A DNA stretch of 64,000 nt from an uncultured Clostridia bacterium (GTDB taxonomy: Bacteria; Bacillota; Clostridia; Oscillospirales; CAG-272). The DNA lies in the NCBI GenBank assembly GCA_904501765.1, contig CAJGCM010000001.1, forward strand, positions 7,257 through 71,256, written 5' to 3'. A model generated the notes under the pieces. The model was not told the DNA's origin. It did not search any database and saw nothing but the letters and a program-made list of their open reading frames with translations. Position numbers and translations under genes: made by a program. Positions 1 through 7,970 of this stretch are shown here, piece after piece (positions within the stretch are counted from its first letter, which is position 1; each line of letters begins with the position of its first letter).

Positions 1-348
1 AGGAAACGTAACACACTTGATGATGTCGAAAATCTGAGTTCCGATTACACTTATAGTACCTACCCATAGGAAGATGGACGCGAAAATCAGGATAATACTG
101 ATAGGTTCCCATTCATTTACAAAGCTAGACGAAAAAAATCGGTACTTCTTAGCAACAATAATGACAATTAGAGACGCCACTGCCATAATTGCCATCCATG
201 CCACCGATGTCCAGATTTCCCAGGACACCAGTTTCGCACAGAGTGTAGTGAGGTATGGAATGACATTTGCGTTTGTCCAGTCGATCACAATACCGAATTT
301 TTCACAAAGTTCATTTAAAGCCTGAGTAGTTTGTTCACTCATAGTCAT
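1..348 (-). CDS. Membrane protein, 3' end cut by window edge (116 codons visible)
   Basis: Own translation of the minus strand (not in the ORF track because it runs off the edge). ATG at 346-348, AAGGAGG at 359-365. MTMSEQTTQALNELCEKFGIVIDW... with two hydrophobic helices (WTSVAWMAIMAVASLIVIIV; ISIILIFASIFLWVGTISVIG). Confidence 0.5.
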   Translation of the reverse strand, partial: MTMSEQTTQALNELCEKFGIVIDWTNANVIPYLTTLCAKLVSWEIWTSVAWMAIMAVASLIVIIVAKKYRFFSSSFVNEWEPISIILIFASIFLWVGTISVIGTQIFDIIKCVTFP

Positions 349-353
349 AAATA

Positions 354-563
354 TCAATCCTCCTTAAGTTCCATGCCGTTCAGAAATAACTTGAGCTTCT
401 CGATACAATCATCGCATAGATCTGTATAATCCGTAGAAAACCCGCCTACCGATCTGAAACACATACCACTTATCGTCTTTCGTTCAAAGTTAATATCCTT
501 TGCGAACCGAATGTTTTCTTTATAGAACGCACCGCACCGATCGCATTGTTTAGCATTAGCCAT
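354..563 (-). CDS. Small Cys-rich zinc-ribbon-like protein (69 aa)
   Basis: ORF 354..614 trimmed to ATG 563 (MANAKQCDRCGAFYKEN...) with GGAG just upstream. Cysteine pairs CDRC ... CDDC. The start overlaps the stop of the Nampt-like gene. Confidence 0.5.
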   Translation of the reverse strand: MANAKQCDRCGAFYKENIRFAKDINFERKTISGMCFRSVGGFSTDYTDLCDDCIEKLKLFLNGMELKED

Positions 564-2025
564 ACATTCTCCTCCGAATATCCATGAAGTTATCGAAGCG
601 AGTGATCGTGCCATCCTTGAAGACAGTGGTCAAATCAGTATACTTATCAGGTACCCAACCACGGTGTTCGTCGGCATATACGAAGCTGCCGTCTTCACGT
701 TGACGCACCCAGCAGCAACCCTTATGGCTCTTCTTCAGATTACCGTCGTCGGTCTTGGGGTCCTTGTAGATGAACAGCTTCTTGTCGCCGAATTCGCCGT
801 ACGTAGCCTTCATAGCCATACCGAAAGTGTCGCGAGTGATAACTGTCATCTTGCCATCCTCATCGAACAGAGCATGGAAACAGAAAGCACCTACGCCGAA
901 CACCACGTTATTGGCCGCAAAGCCACGCTTTTCGAGTTCTGCATAAATCTCAGCCACACGGTTCAGCGTACAGCCATCGCCGTAGATCAGACCGATGTGA
1001 GGATCGAGTTCCTTGTAGCCCTTAGAATTAACGGTACCGCCGAAGACCTCCCACAACTTCTCAATAGTGCGGATAGAAATATCAACGATATTGCCAGAGT
1101 CAGGTCTGATCAGCAGCTTACCGTTATGAGCCATAATCTCGTCCTTACAGGCAGGAATGATGTTGTCGACCATATTCCAATAGTCATACGTATCGGATAC
1201 CATGGAGAAAGACGTATTGGGATACAGCTCAGTCAGCAGCCGCTTCACAAAAGTGATTTCATCGCCGTCGATAGCGTAATTAGCGCCCATGACGGAGTGT
1301 TCCGTGGAGACTGCACCTCGGCCGATACCATTGGTCTTACAGTTGGCGTTATAATATCTGCCGATATAAGGCAGAGCAGGAATGGTGGAGGTCTTGTTGA
1401 AGCTCAGCAGCCAGGATGCGGATGCTCGAATAGAATCCTCGACACAGGACATGCCGCGCATACCGAAGTCGGCCATAGCCATGAAGGGGTCTGCGCCGTC
1501 CGTAGTCTCCTTGTAATACTTCTCAGCGAGATCATGATAGGCTTTACCGATAGTGGCGTAAGCACATGGAGCCCACAGCTCAGCCTGCAAGATACATTCG
1601 ACCCACTGGACAACCCACGCAAAGTCGGGATGAGTGTTCGTCATCTCAACCACAGGGATACCCATGTTTACGATAGAACCCTCCGGCAGAGCACGAATCT
1701 CCAGAGGAAGATAACCGAGTTCATGCAGAGCCTTGATCTTGGACCATTCGGTATTCTCGACGCCGATCTGGACATCCATATAGTATTTATACTCTTGTTC
1801 TACGGCGCTGAGAGGCTTGTTAAAGAACCTATCGTTAAAGCCGTCGATCAGATATTCCTTAATGAAGGGTTGGAGACCGAAGAAGACCATATTGCGGAAT
1901 GCGGGAGACATGTTTTTACGAGGGGTGAGGTAGGAGACCAGCTTGGTGAGGTTCTGAGGATACATCCGGGAATGAGTATGTTTGTAAGTATCAGAGAAGA
2001 GCATCATCATAATATTGGTTTTCAT
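556..2025 (-). CDS. nadV: Nicotinamide phosphoribosyltransferase-family protein (Nampt/NadV-like; candidate Namat of the NARP1 pathway)
   Basis: ORF 556..2112 trimmed to ATG 2025 with AGGAGG at 2033-2038. Family-typical strings: SDTYKHTH near the N-terminus, DFGMRGMS, LLIRPDSGN, GLIYGDG. About 490 aa. Confidence 0.85.
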   Translation of the reverse strand: MKTNIMMMLFSDTYKHTHSRMYPQNLTKLVSYLTPRKNMSPAFRNMVFFGLQPFIKEYLIDGFNDRFFNKPLSAVEQEYKYYMDVQIGVENTEWSKIKALHELGYLPLEIRALPEGSIVNMGIPVVEMTNTHPDFAWVVQWVECILQAELWAPCAYATIGKAYHDLAEKYYKETTDGADPFMAMADFGMRGMSCVEDSIRASASWLLSFNKTSTIPALPYIGRYYNANCKTNGIGRGAVSTEHSVMGANYAIDGDEITFVKRLLTELYPNTSFSMVSDTYDYWNMVDNIIPACKDEIMAHNGKLLIRPDSGNIVDISIRTIEKLWEVFGGTVNSKGYKELDPHIGLIYGDGCTLNRVAEIYAELEKRGFAANNVVFGVGAFCFHALFDEDGKMTVITRDTFGMAMKATYGEFGDKKLFIYKDPKTDDGNLKKSHKGCCWVRQREDGSFVYADEHRGWVPDKYTDLTTVFKDGTITRFDNFMDIRRRMYG

Positions 2026-2056
2026 TTCAATACCTCCTGTTAGTCCAGAACGTGAA

Positions 2057-2716
2057 TCACATACCGGGAATGGCCTGGTACTCGCTGAGCAGCTCCAGCA
2101 TGGCAGGATCATCCTTAGCCAACATCTGGTACAGAGCGATATCCTGCAGCTGCTTAGCCCGCTCCTTCATCTTAGCCTTGAGTTCCGCAGCCTTAGCCCG
2201 ATTGGCGACGCGGGCGTCATAGGCGGTGGTATCGACCTTGGCTACGATCTCCCCCGCGAGACCGACATCGTTACTATCGATGATCTCGACGACAGTAGCG
2301 AGTTCGAGACCTGCGTACGGTGTGCTCACAACGACCATATTGCCGGTTTCGATAGTGCTGTCGAAATTTGCGTAATTGTTACTGGAGATCTTATTGTCAT
2401 CGACAAACTTGACCTTTACAGTGTTCAGATAGTTGGTAATGTTACTCCTATTATTCATAGTATTCTCCTCCAAAATATCATCGTTGGTTTCGTTTACAAG
2501 CGAAAGTTCGCTAGGTTTAAAGTAAAAGCGACCGACTGCACTATAAGGATTTCTTTCGGTGTCTAACTTGACAAGGATCTTGCCGTATTGACCATACTGA
2601 TTCAAAATTACCGTGCCGAGTTTTCCTTTATAGTCATATTTCTTATAACTGTCGCATCGCATTACTTCGACCCGCACACCAGGCTTGAATATCGTATAGA
2701 TCTGGTCCTGCGTCAT
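2057..2716 (-). CDS. Hypothetical protein (219 aa) embedded between the Prs-like and Nampt-like genes
   Basis: Start overlaps the Prs-like stop by 4 nt (ATGA). No motif recognised. An in-frame ATG at 2458 is preceded by GGAGGAG (2465-2471), so a 132-aa C-terminal product (MNNRSNITNY...) is also possible. Confidence 0.6.
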   Translation of the reverse strand: MTQDQIYTIFKPGVRVEVMRCDSYKKYDYKGKLGTVILNQYGQYGKILVKLDTERNPYSAVGRFYFKPSELSLVNETNDDILEENTMNNRSNITNYLNTVKVKFVDDNKISSNNYANFDSTIETGNMVVVSTPYAGLELATVVEIIDSNDVGLAGEIVAKVDTTAYDARVANRAKAAELKAKMKERAKQLQDIALYQMLAKDDPAMLELLSEYQAIPGM

Positions 2717-3516
2717 TTCAACACCTCAATTTTTTCATGACTCTTGGTGAAAATACTATCGGTGGTGAAGACCTTCTTAATCAGGTCGCCATCCAACAAC
2801 TCGCCTTCGAGGATAGTATTCTCACAATGTGAAACATAGAGGTAAATATCTTTTGCACCCAGCTCTTTGAGCTTCTTTGCGCTATGATAGAAAGTACCAC
2901 CTCTGGAGCAGATGTCGTCGATGATGAGGATATCCTTACCGGCAATCTGGTCGACTGCTCCAGCTACATCCAGACCCTCGATCTTACCGGTCTCCCAGTT
3001 GCGCTTCTTGATACCGAAGGCGTAAGGGAGTCTAATCAGATTTGACCGCATTTTCATGCAACCTTCGTCTGGGTAAAACGCGATGAGGTTTTTAACGCCA
3101 GAAGCAGATAGTTTAACTAGTGTCTTAATGAGATACGGTGTCGCGTTAACCACATCCAGATTATCGATTAGCGCTTCGGATACACTAGAATGAGGGTCTA
3201 GAACCGTGACATGGTCGAGTTTGAGGCTGTTCAGGAGCTCCGCAAAATATTTCAGAGTGAGGATGTCCTCGCGAGACTTTGTACGATCTTGGCGGGCATT
3301 GGGGATGTACGGCATATACAGATCGATATGTGTAACGCCGTGAGCCCTCAGATGTTTTACCAGATATATCAGACTAAGAAACTCGCGGTCGTTTTCATAT
3401 CTCCAAGTGATTTGAGCACCGTCACCGTCGGGATATATCTCGGGTTCGTGTTTGACTAAAATTGTTCCATCGGGAAAACTGCCAATGTCGATGATTTTAC
3501 CGTCGATACTGATCAT
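2713..3516 (-). CDS. prs: Ribose-phosphate pyrophosphokinase-like protein (short Prs family; candidate Adps of NARP1)
   Basis: 267 aa. DLYMPYIPNARQDR, VTVLDPHS and the PRPP-loop-like DILIIDDICSRGGT are typical of the Prs/PRTase fold. It is shorter than the canonical ~315-aa Prs. Confidence 0.8.
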   Translation of the reverse strand: MISIDGKIIDIGSFPDGTILVKHEPEIYPDGDGAQITWRYENDREFLSLIYLVKHLRAHGVTHIDLYMPYIPNARQDRTKSREDILTLKYFAELLNSLKLDHVTVLDPHSSVSEALIDNLDVVNATPYLIKTLVKLSASGVKNLIAFYPDEGCMKMRSNLIRLPYAFGIKKRNWETGKIEGLDVAGAVDQIAGKDILIIDDICSRGGTFYHSAKKLKELGAKDIYLYVSHCENTILEGELLDGDLIKKVFTTDSIFTKSHEKIEVLK

Positions 3517-3528
3517 GCAAAAACCTCC

Positions 3529-4068
3529 TTACCGCTTCACGTTGATCTGACACATCTCCATAGTCTTAAGAGCAGCTTCGTGAGTCTCCGGAGTGACACC
3601 TGCACAGCAGGTAGCGTCTACGGAGATTTCGTGGGTGTCAAAGAATGCCGCTTTTAGAATCAGGGCGTTAGACACCACACAAATATCAGTGCAGAGACCG
3701 ATTAACTCGATTTCGTCATTATTCTTGACCAGTCCGCTACACAGCATGCTAACCGGCAGTTCTGTAGATCCGAATGTGAATTTGTCGAGAACATATACAT
3801 TATCGTAATCAGAAGGCGGCATCAATTCTGCCAGAATTTGCCAGCCATCGGTATCTTTGATACAATGCTCCACAGGGAGCTTCTTGCCCTCCTTCGTCTC
3901 GAGATAATCCTCATAATGTGTATCTCTCGTAAAGATGATCATATCACCATTCTTAACTGCCTCGTCGATCTTCTTCTTCACGTTCGGCACAATCGCCTGG
4001 GCCTCCTTAGTACCCAGGGAGCCCGTGATGAAATCGTTCTGCATATCAACAACTACTAATACTTTCAT
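3529..4068 (-). CDS. pncA: Isochorismatase-family hydrolase, nicotinamidase (PncA)-like
   Basis: 179 aa. Catalytic-triad contexts VVVDMQNDF (Asp), LDKFTFGS (Lys), LIGLCTDICV (Cys). Confidence 0.75.
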   Translation of the reverse strand: MKVLVVVDMQNDFITGSLGTKEAQAIVPNVKKKIDEAVKNGDMIIFTRDTHYEDYLETKEGKKLPVEHCIKDTDGWQILAELMPPSDYDNVYVLDKFTFGSTELPVSMLCSGLVKNNDEIELIGLCTDICVVSNALILKAAFFDTHEISVDATCCAGVTPETHEAALKTMEMCQINVKR

Positions 4069-4102
4069 GCTTTTCCTCCTTAAAGTTATGCCAAAAGTTT
4101 GT

Positions 4103-4828
4103 TTATTCGAGCCACCAGTTGTCTATGTAATAGAAACCAATAACACACCCAACGATAAGAATTATCCATGCTATCCAAAATATAACCGTCCAGTTAACGC
4201 TTTTCAGCGACTCCACAGTTTCGTCTATTGTCTGGTTCTTGTAGAAATCTGTACCATCAGTTATCGTGTTGTCACGCAAATCTGTGAATATAGTACCAAC
4301 ATACTCAGTGCCAGTACCGTAATACTGGTATCGGATATGGCTAGACTTCTTAATCGTCTTCAAGTATCCCGTTGCCGGGATATGAATTTTGTTGCTGTTG
4401 AAGGGTACGCCCAGAAAAGTGATCTCCTTACAGGTTCGAGTTTCCCTGTCGATTTCGTCCCACGACCAATAAACCTCAGTTGTAGTATAAGTCTGAGTTT
4501 TACCATTAACCGTTCTGGTCTTAGTGACAGTTCTCGTGTGCCTCGTGTACCTCTCAGTCACTTTCTGAACCCGCATATACTCGCCGCCGATTTCGGAGAA
4601 TGTTACGGCATCGACCGCTTTTAAATCGCCATAAACAAATGCGTTACCAACGTTCGTACGCATTCCGTATTCGAACAAGCTAGCGCTATCGATTTTGAGC
4701 GCCTTGTTGTAAATAGCGTCACGGTCCGCACACGCATCAGAAATACATCCGCCGATCCAAACACCGAGAATCAGAAGTACAGCGATTATGCAAATACTGA
4801 CCAGTACTTCGCGTTTAGTGATCTCCAT
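4103..4828 (-). CDS. Membrane protein with N- and C-terminal TM helices and a beta-rich central domain (LemA partner)
   Basis: TM1 VLVSICIIAVLLILGVWIGG, TM2 WTVIFWIAWIILIVGCVIGFYYI. Lies 3 nt downstream of the LemA-like gene. Confidence 0.6.
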   Translation of the reverse strand: MEITKREVLVSICIIAVLLILGVWIGGCISDACADRDAIYNKALKIDSASLFEYGMRTNVGNAFVYGDLKAVDAVTFSEIGGEYMRVQKVTERYTRHTRTVTKTRTVNGKTQTYTTTEVYWSWDEIDRETRTCKEITFLGVPFNSNKIHIPATGYLKTIKKSSHIRYQYYGTGTEYVGTIFTDLRDNTITDGTDFYKNQTIDETVESLKSVNWTVIFWIAWIILIVGCVIGFYYIDNWWLE

Positions 4829-4831
4829 ATT

Positions 4832-5380
4832 TTATTCTCCAAAAAGGTTCTGGGGAGCGTCAACGGGAGCGTCATACTTCAAATACCCAAAGTCAACGAC
4901 TTCGTAGCCAAGAATATTGAGGAACATACGTGTGGGGAATTTGCGGACATAGCGATTGTAATCCTTAACCTGCTGATTATAGTTGCTACGATGCTCAGCA
5001 ATAAGGTTTTCAGCAATAGAGAGCTCGTTCATAAGCTCCTTATAATTTTCATTAGACTTCAAATCGGGGTATGCTTCGGCAACCACAGTGATGGCGGTAG
5101 TAACATTCTCGACATCACTAGAGCCGGTTCTTCCGTCAACAATCGCCTTCAGGGTTTCGGCTTCGTGCTTATCATACTGCATGACACAGTCGGCGAGGTT
5201 ATAGACCAGATCGACTCGCCGCTTTTCCTGAACGTTAATGTCGGACAGTGCAGTATTCACAGACTCCTCGAGAGAGAAGGCCTTGTTCTGAGCGCCCTGT
5301 GCAGAAAATACACCCAGTAGAGTAACCGCAATAACACATGCGGTAATGATCGCGACGAGCTTGATGATAGAATTATTCAT
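4832..5380 (-). CDS. lemA: LemA family membrane protein
   Basis: N-terminal TM followed by a LemA-like core (EESVNTALSDINVQEKRRVDLVYNL ... AEHRSNYNQQVKDYNRYVRKFPTRMF). Confidence 0.8.
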   Translation of the reverse strand: MNNSIIKLVAIITACVIAVTLLGVFSAQGAQNKAFSLEESVNTALSDINVQEKRRVDLVYNLADCVMQYDKHEAETLKAIVDGRTGSSDVENVTTAITVVAEAYPDLKSNENYKELMNELSIAENLIAEHRSNYNQQVKDYNRYVRKFPTRMFLNILGYEVVDFGYLKYDAPVDAPQNLFGE

Positions 5381-5405
5381 ACTTTTCCTCCTTAAATATC
5401 AAATA

Positions 5406-5786
5406 TTAAAGACCATTCTTCTCAGCCAAATACATCGCTCGTTTTTCAGCAGCAATTTTGATAGCTGCCTCTTCGGTGTCTGCAGAGACGTAACAACAAA
5501 TGGTGCGATCATAACCTCTACCACGTTCTATTACTCGGCCAATATCTTCATAATCATATTCATCCTCGCAAGCCTCGCACCCCACCGCATTACCAGATCT
5601 GTCGAAAGTAACCATCCATGCCGGTCTCAGCATAATCTCGCCGTCTTCGTATTCTTCGATGCATGTCCGACCCCAGCTGTACTCACCGCCGAACTTATTA
5701 GCGATTTGCTCCGCCACACCGCGATTAGTAGTAACAGCGACGATATGATAGTCCGAGTAGCATCCTTTAGTTACAACATAAAACAT
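5406..5786 (-). CDS. Hypothetical protein (126 aa)
   Basis: ORF in the minus-strand gene train. AAGGAG about 7 nt upstream of ATG 5786. No motif recognised. Confidence 0.55.
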   Translation of the reverse strand: MFYVVTKGCYSDYHIVAVTTNRGVAEQIANKFGGEYSWGRTCIEEYEDGEIMLRPAWMVTFDRSGNAVGCEACEDEYDYEDIGRVIERGRGYDRTICCYVSADTEEAAIKIAAEKRAMYLAEKNGL

Positions 5787-5807
5787 AAAAGGCTCCTTTC
5801 TGAGAAA

Positions 5808-6746
5808 TTATTCCAAAATATCGTTAGGCAGGATGTAATCGCCGTCACCAACGACAATGGGGAGCTTACCATCCCAAGTGTCAGCCATGATCTTCTCGAT
5901 AATCTTATCAGTAATAGACTTGTCGATGACGGCGTTTGCCTCTGCCTCGGCTTCAGCAGCAATCTTCAGAGCCTCAGCCTCAGCCTTGGCAATATCAATC
6001 TCGGCCTGCGCAGCCTTCAGCTTAGCCTGAGCATCTGCCTCAGCCTTAGCGACCTTGGTCTCGTTCTCGTAGTCGGCCTTCAACTTAGCCTGCTCGGCGA
6101 TCATCTTCTCTTCGACGGCCAGCTCAAAAGCATCGCTGAAATCAATGTTAGTGATCACCACGGCTACGATGTCAACGAAGTACTCCTCGCCGACAGCCTC
6201 CTTGATAGCCGCCTCTACTGCGGGAGAAATACTTGCGCGATTAGCGATGATGTCCATAGCCTTATGACCAGACAGAACAGACTTGGTCTTTTCCAAAGCG
6301 ATGGAGTTGATACGACTCTCGAGCACCTCCAGCTTACCGTACTGAGTGGCGATGTCGACTACCTTATCGCTAATAATCTGGTACTGGATAGTCATGTTGA
6401 TGGACATGGTCTGCGCGTCGAGAGAGTACGCGGCAGCTTCGGTCTCGAGATTCTGAACCTTAGTGTCATAAACAATATAAGCGTTAGTAGCCCACAGGTC
6501 GTAGTGCGTGCCAGCTGTCTTTACGTCTTCGATCTTACCCAAGTGCTTAACAACAGCGACTTCGCCAGAGCTTACCGTGTGGAAGCTGAAGGGGACGAGA
6601 ATGAATGCGATGACGAGAGCGATAGTGGCCAGTACGGCGATAACGCCAGCGCCAGACTTATCATTGTCGAAACACACACCTGCGATTACGCCTGCTACAA
6701 TAGCAAATACCGCAATTACAATACCTACAAAAATACCAATAGCCAT
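5808..6746 (-). CDS. SPFH/band-7 (prohibitin/flotillin-like) domain membrane protein
   Basis: Long N-terminal hydrophobic segment. SPFH-like core (SSGEVAVVKHLGKIEDVKTAGTHYDLW ... TMSINMTIQYQI). C-terminal Ala/Glu/Lys coiled coil (AKAEADAQAKLKAAQAEIDIAKAEAEALK). Confidence 0.75.
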   Translation of the reverse strand: MAIGIFVGIVIAVFAIVAGVIAGVCFDNDKSGAGVIAVLATIALVIAFILVPFSFHTVSSGEVAVVKHLGKIEDVKTAGTHYDLWATNAYIVYDTKVQNLETEAAAYSLDAQTMSINMTIQYQIISDKVVDIATQYGKLEVLESRINSIALEKTKSVLSGHKAMDIIANRASISPAVEAAIKEAVGEEYFVDIVAVVITNIDFSDAFELAVEEKMIAEQAKLKADYENETKVAKAEADAQAKLKAAQAEIDIAKAEAEALKIAAEAEAEANAVIDKSITDKIIEKIMADTWDGKLPIVVGDGDYILPNDILE

Positions 6747-6808
6747 ACTTTTTTCTCCTTTAAGTTAATAATGTTTTGGTTTGGGAATTTTTGAATGTGG
6801 AGGGAGTG

Positions 6809-6964
6809 CTATGTGAGGAACTGTAAATATACGAAGCCGGTGGTCCCTAAAGCCAGTAGCACGAATGAGGGCCAGTAAACCGGTGCTCTATTAGCGGCAC
6901 GAACCGCGACAATTGGTGCTTGCCAGAATACAAGAAACAAAAATAGGATTTTTAATATCTCCAT
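6809..6964 (-). CDS. Small membrane protein (51 aa)
   Basis: Own translation (below the ORF-track cutoff): MEILKILFLFLVFWQAPIVAVRAANRAPVYWPSFVLLALGTTGFVYLQFLT. AAGGAG about 9 nt upstream. Confidence 0.45.
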   Translation of the reverse strand: MEILKILFLFLVFWQAPIVAVRAANRAPVYWPSFVLLALGTTGFVYLQFLT

Positions 6965-6977
6965 CTTAATCATCTCC

Positions 6978-7112
6978 TTACTCACCTAACTTCTTAATAA
7001 CGTCCATGAAGATTTTGATAGCGACTGCGAGACAGTAGATACCGAAACAAATCCAGTAACCTACCCCAGCGTCAATAATGGCGCCGATGATAGCAAACAG
7101 TGCGATTGGCAT
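6978..7112 (-). CDS. Small membrane protein (44 aa)
   Basis: Own translation: MPIALFAIIGAIIDAGVGYWICFGIYCLAVAIKIFMDVIKKLGE. GGAGG 7 nt upstream of ATG 7112. Confidence 0.45.
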   Translation of the reverse strand: MPIALFAIIGAIIDAGVGYWICFGIYCLAVAIKIFMDVIKKLGE

Positions 7113-7124
7113 GCGAGTACCTCC

Positions 7125-7835
7125 TTAATAATTATAATTTACAGCTTCCTGCCGAGTGATGAAGAAGTGGATACCTGGTGCGCATTCGTGCCAGCGGTTC
7201 GGATCGAAGTTGTCAACCTTGACAATCTCGCCCACCCTATAAGCAAAATTCTCGTCATGCTTACTGTATACGACGTCTACGTTAGCAGGGGACCCGTCAA
7301 TGTTTGTGAAGGAAATAACCTTTGCGTGAGAAGCCCGACACTTGCGAGAAGTTGCGGAGCATCTAAGGGCGTCTTCGGGGATTTCCAACTTGACAATATA
7401 GTTTCCGCGTACCTTCTTAAACGCTGTAAAAGAACCTTCCTCAGGACAAGTGAGAGGATAATAAACGTTCTTAGCGGTTTCAAGGTCTGCACCAAAGAGG
7501 TTTGCACCAAAGAGGTTTGCACCAGAGAGGTTTGCACGACGGAGGTCTGCACCAAAGAGGTTTGCACCAGAGAGGTTTGCACCAGAGAGGTCTGCACGAC
7601 GGAGGTTTGCACCAGAGAGGTTTGCACCAGAGAGGTCTGCACGACGGAGGTTTGCACCAGAGAGGTTTGCACCAGAGAGGTTTGCACCAGAGAGGTTTGC
7701 ACCAAAGAGGTCTGCACCAAAGAGGTCTGCACGACGGAGGTCCGCACGCTCGCCTTCGGGATCGTTAACGAGCCATAGCTTGTGTTTTCTCAGAAAGACT
7801 TCGAGTTCGGCTTGAGTAATCTTTTTCATGCTCAT
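7125..7835 (-). CDS. Pentapeptide-repeat protein with a distinct C-terminal globular domain
   Basis: About 17 consecutive near-perfect A(D/N)L(S/F/R)(G/R) pentapeptides (residues ~31-118). These are followed by a ~115-aa domain ending ...[21 protein letters not shown]. Confidence 0.85.
   Translation of the reverse strand: MSMKKITQAELEVFLRKHKLWLVNDPEGERADLRRADLFGADLFGANLSGANLSGANLSGANLRRADLSGANLSGANLRRADLSGANLSGANLFGADLRRANLSGANLFGANLFGADLETAKNVYYPLTCPEEGSFTAFKKVRGNYIVKLEIPEDALRCSATSRKCRASHAKVISFTNIDGSPANVDVVYSKHDENFAYRVGEIVKVDNFDPNRWHECAPGIHFFITRQEAVNYNY
7484..7750. repeat. Tandem 15-bp repeat (~17 copies) encoding the pentapeptide array
   Basis: Units such as gcaccagagaggttt / gcaccaaagaggtct / gcacgacggaggtct repeat head to tail with only 1-4 substitutions. 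Confidence 0.9.
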
Positions 7836-7861
7836 AGGTTTCTCCTTTCAATTCTACACAA

Positions 7862-7897
7862 TGAAAATGAGAAGACACCGTGTTTCAGATGTCTTCA
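7862..7897 (-). terminator. Intrinsic terminator-like hairpin after the helicase gene
   Basis: Minus strand: GAAGACATC-tgaaacac-GGTGTCTTC followed by TCATTTTCATT. Confidence 0.55.
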
Positions 7898-7928
7898 AGC
7901 TTACCGAAATCAGTTAATCCAAGACTAA

Positions 7929-7962
7929 CCGTTCCATCAAAGAAAATGTTTTTTACGCGAAT
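7929..7962 (-). promoter_or_regulatory. Conserved promoter-like motif, degenerate copy
   Basis: Minus strand: ATTCGCGTAAAAAACATTTTCTTTGATGGAACGG. It keeps the TCGCG and AAACA boxes, but the -10-like box is TTTGAT. It lies upstream of the 7862-7897 hairpin and the pentapeptide gene. Confidence 0.35.
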
Positions 7963-7970
7963 CCAAACAG

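Noticed and set aside
7484-7750. Regular short tandem repeats that look superficially like a CRISPR or minisatellite array. The alternative-frame ORFs 7167..7778(+), 7277..7747(-) and 7502..7768(+) lie on the same repeats.
   Set aside because: The units are contiguous 15-mers without spacers and lie in frame inside a pentapeptide-repeat gene with a proper start, SD and C-terminal domain. The other frames are repeat-generated artefacts.
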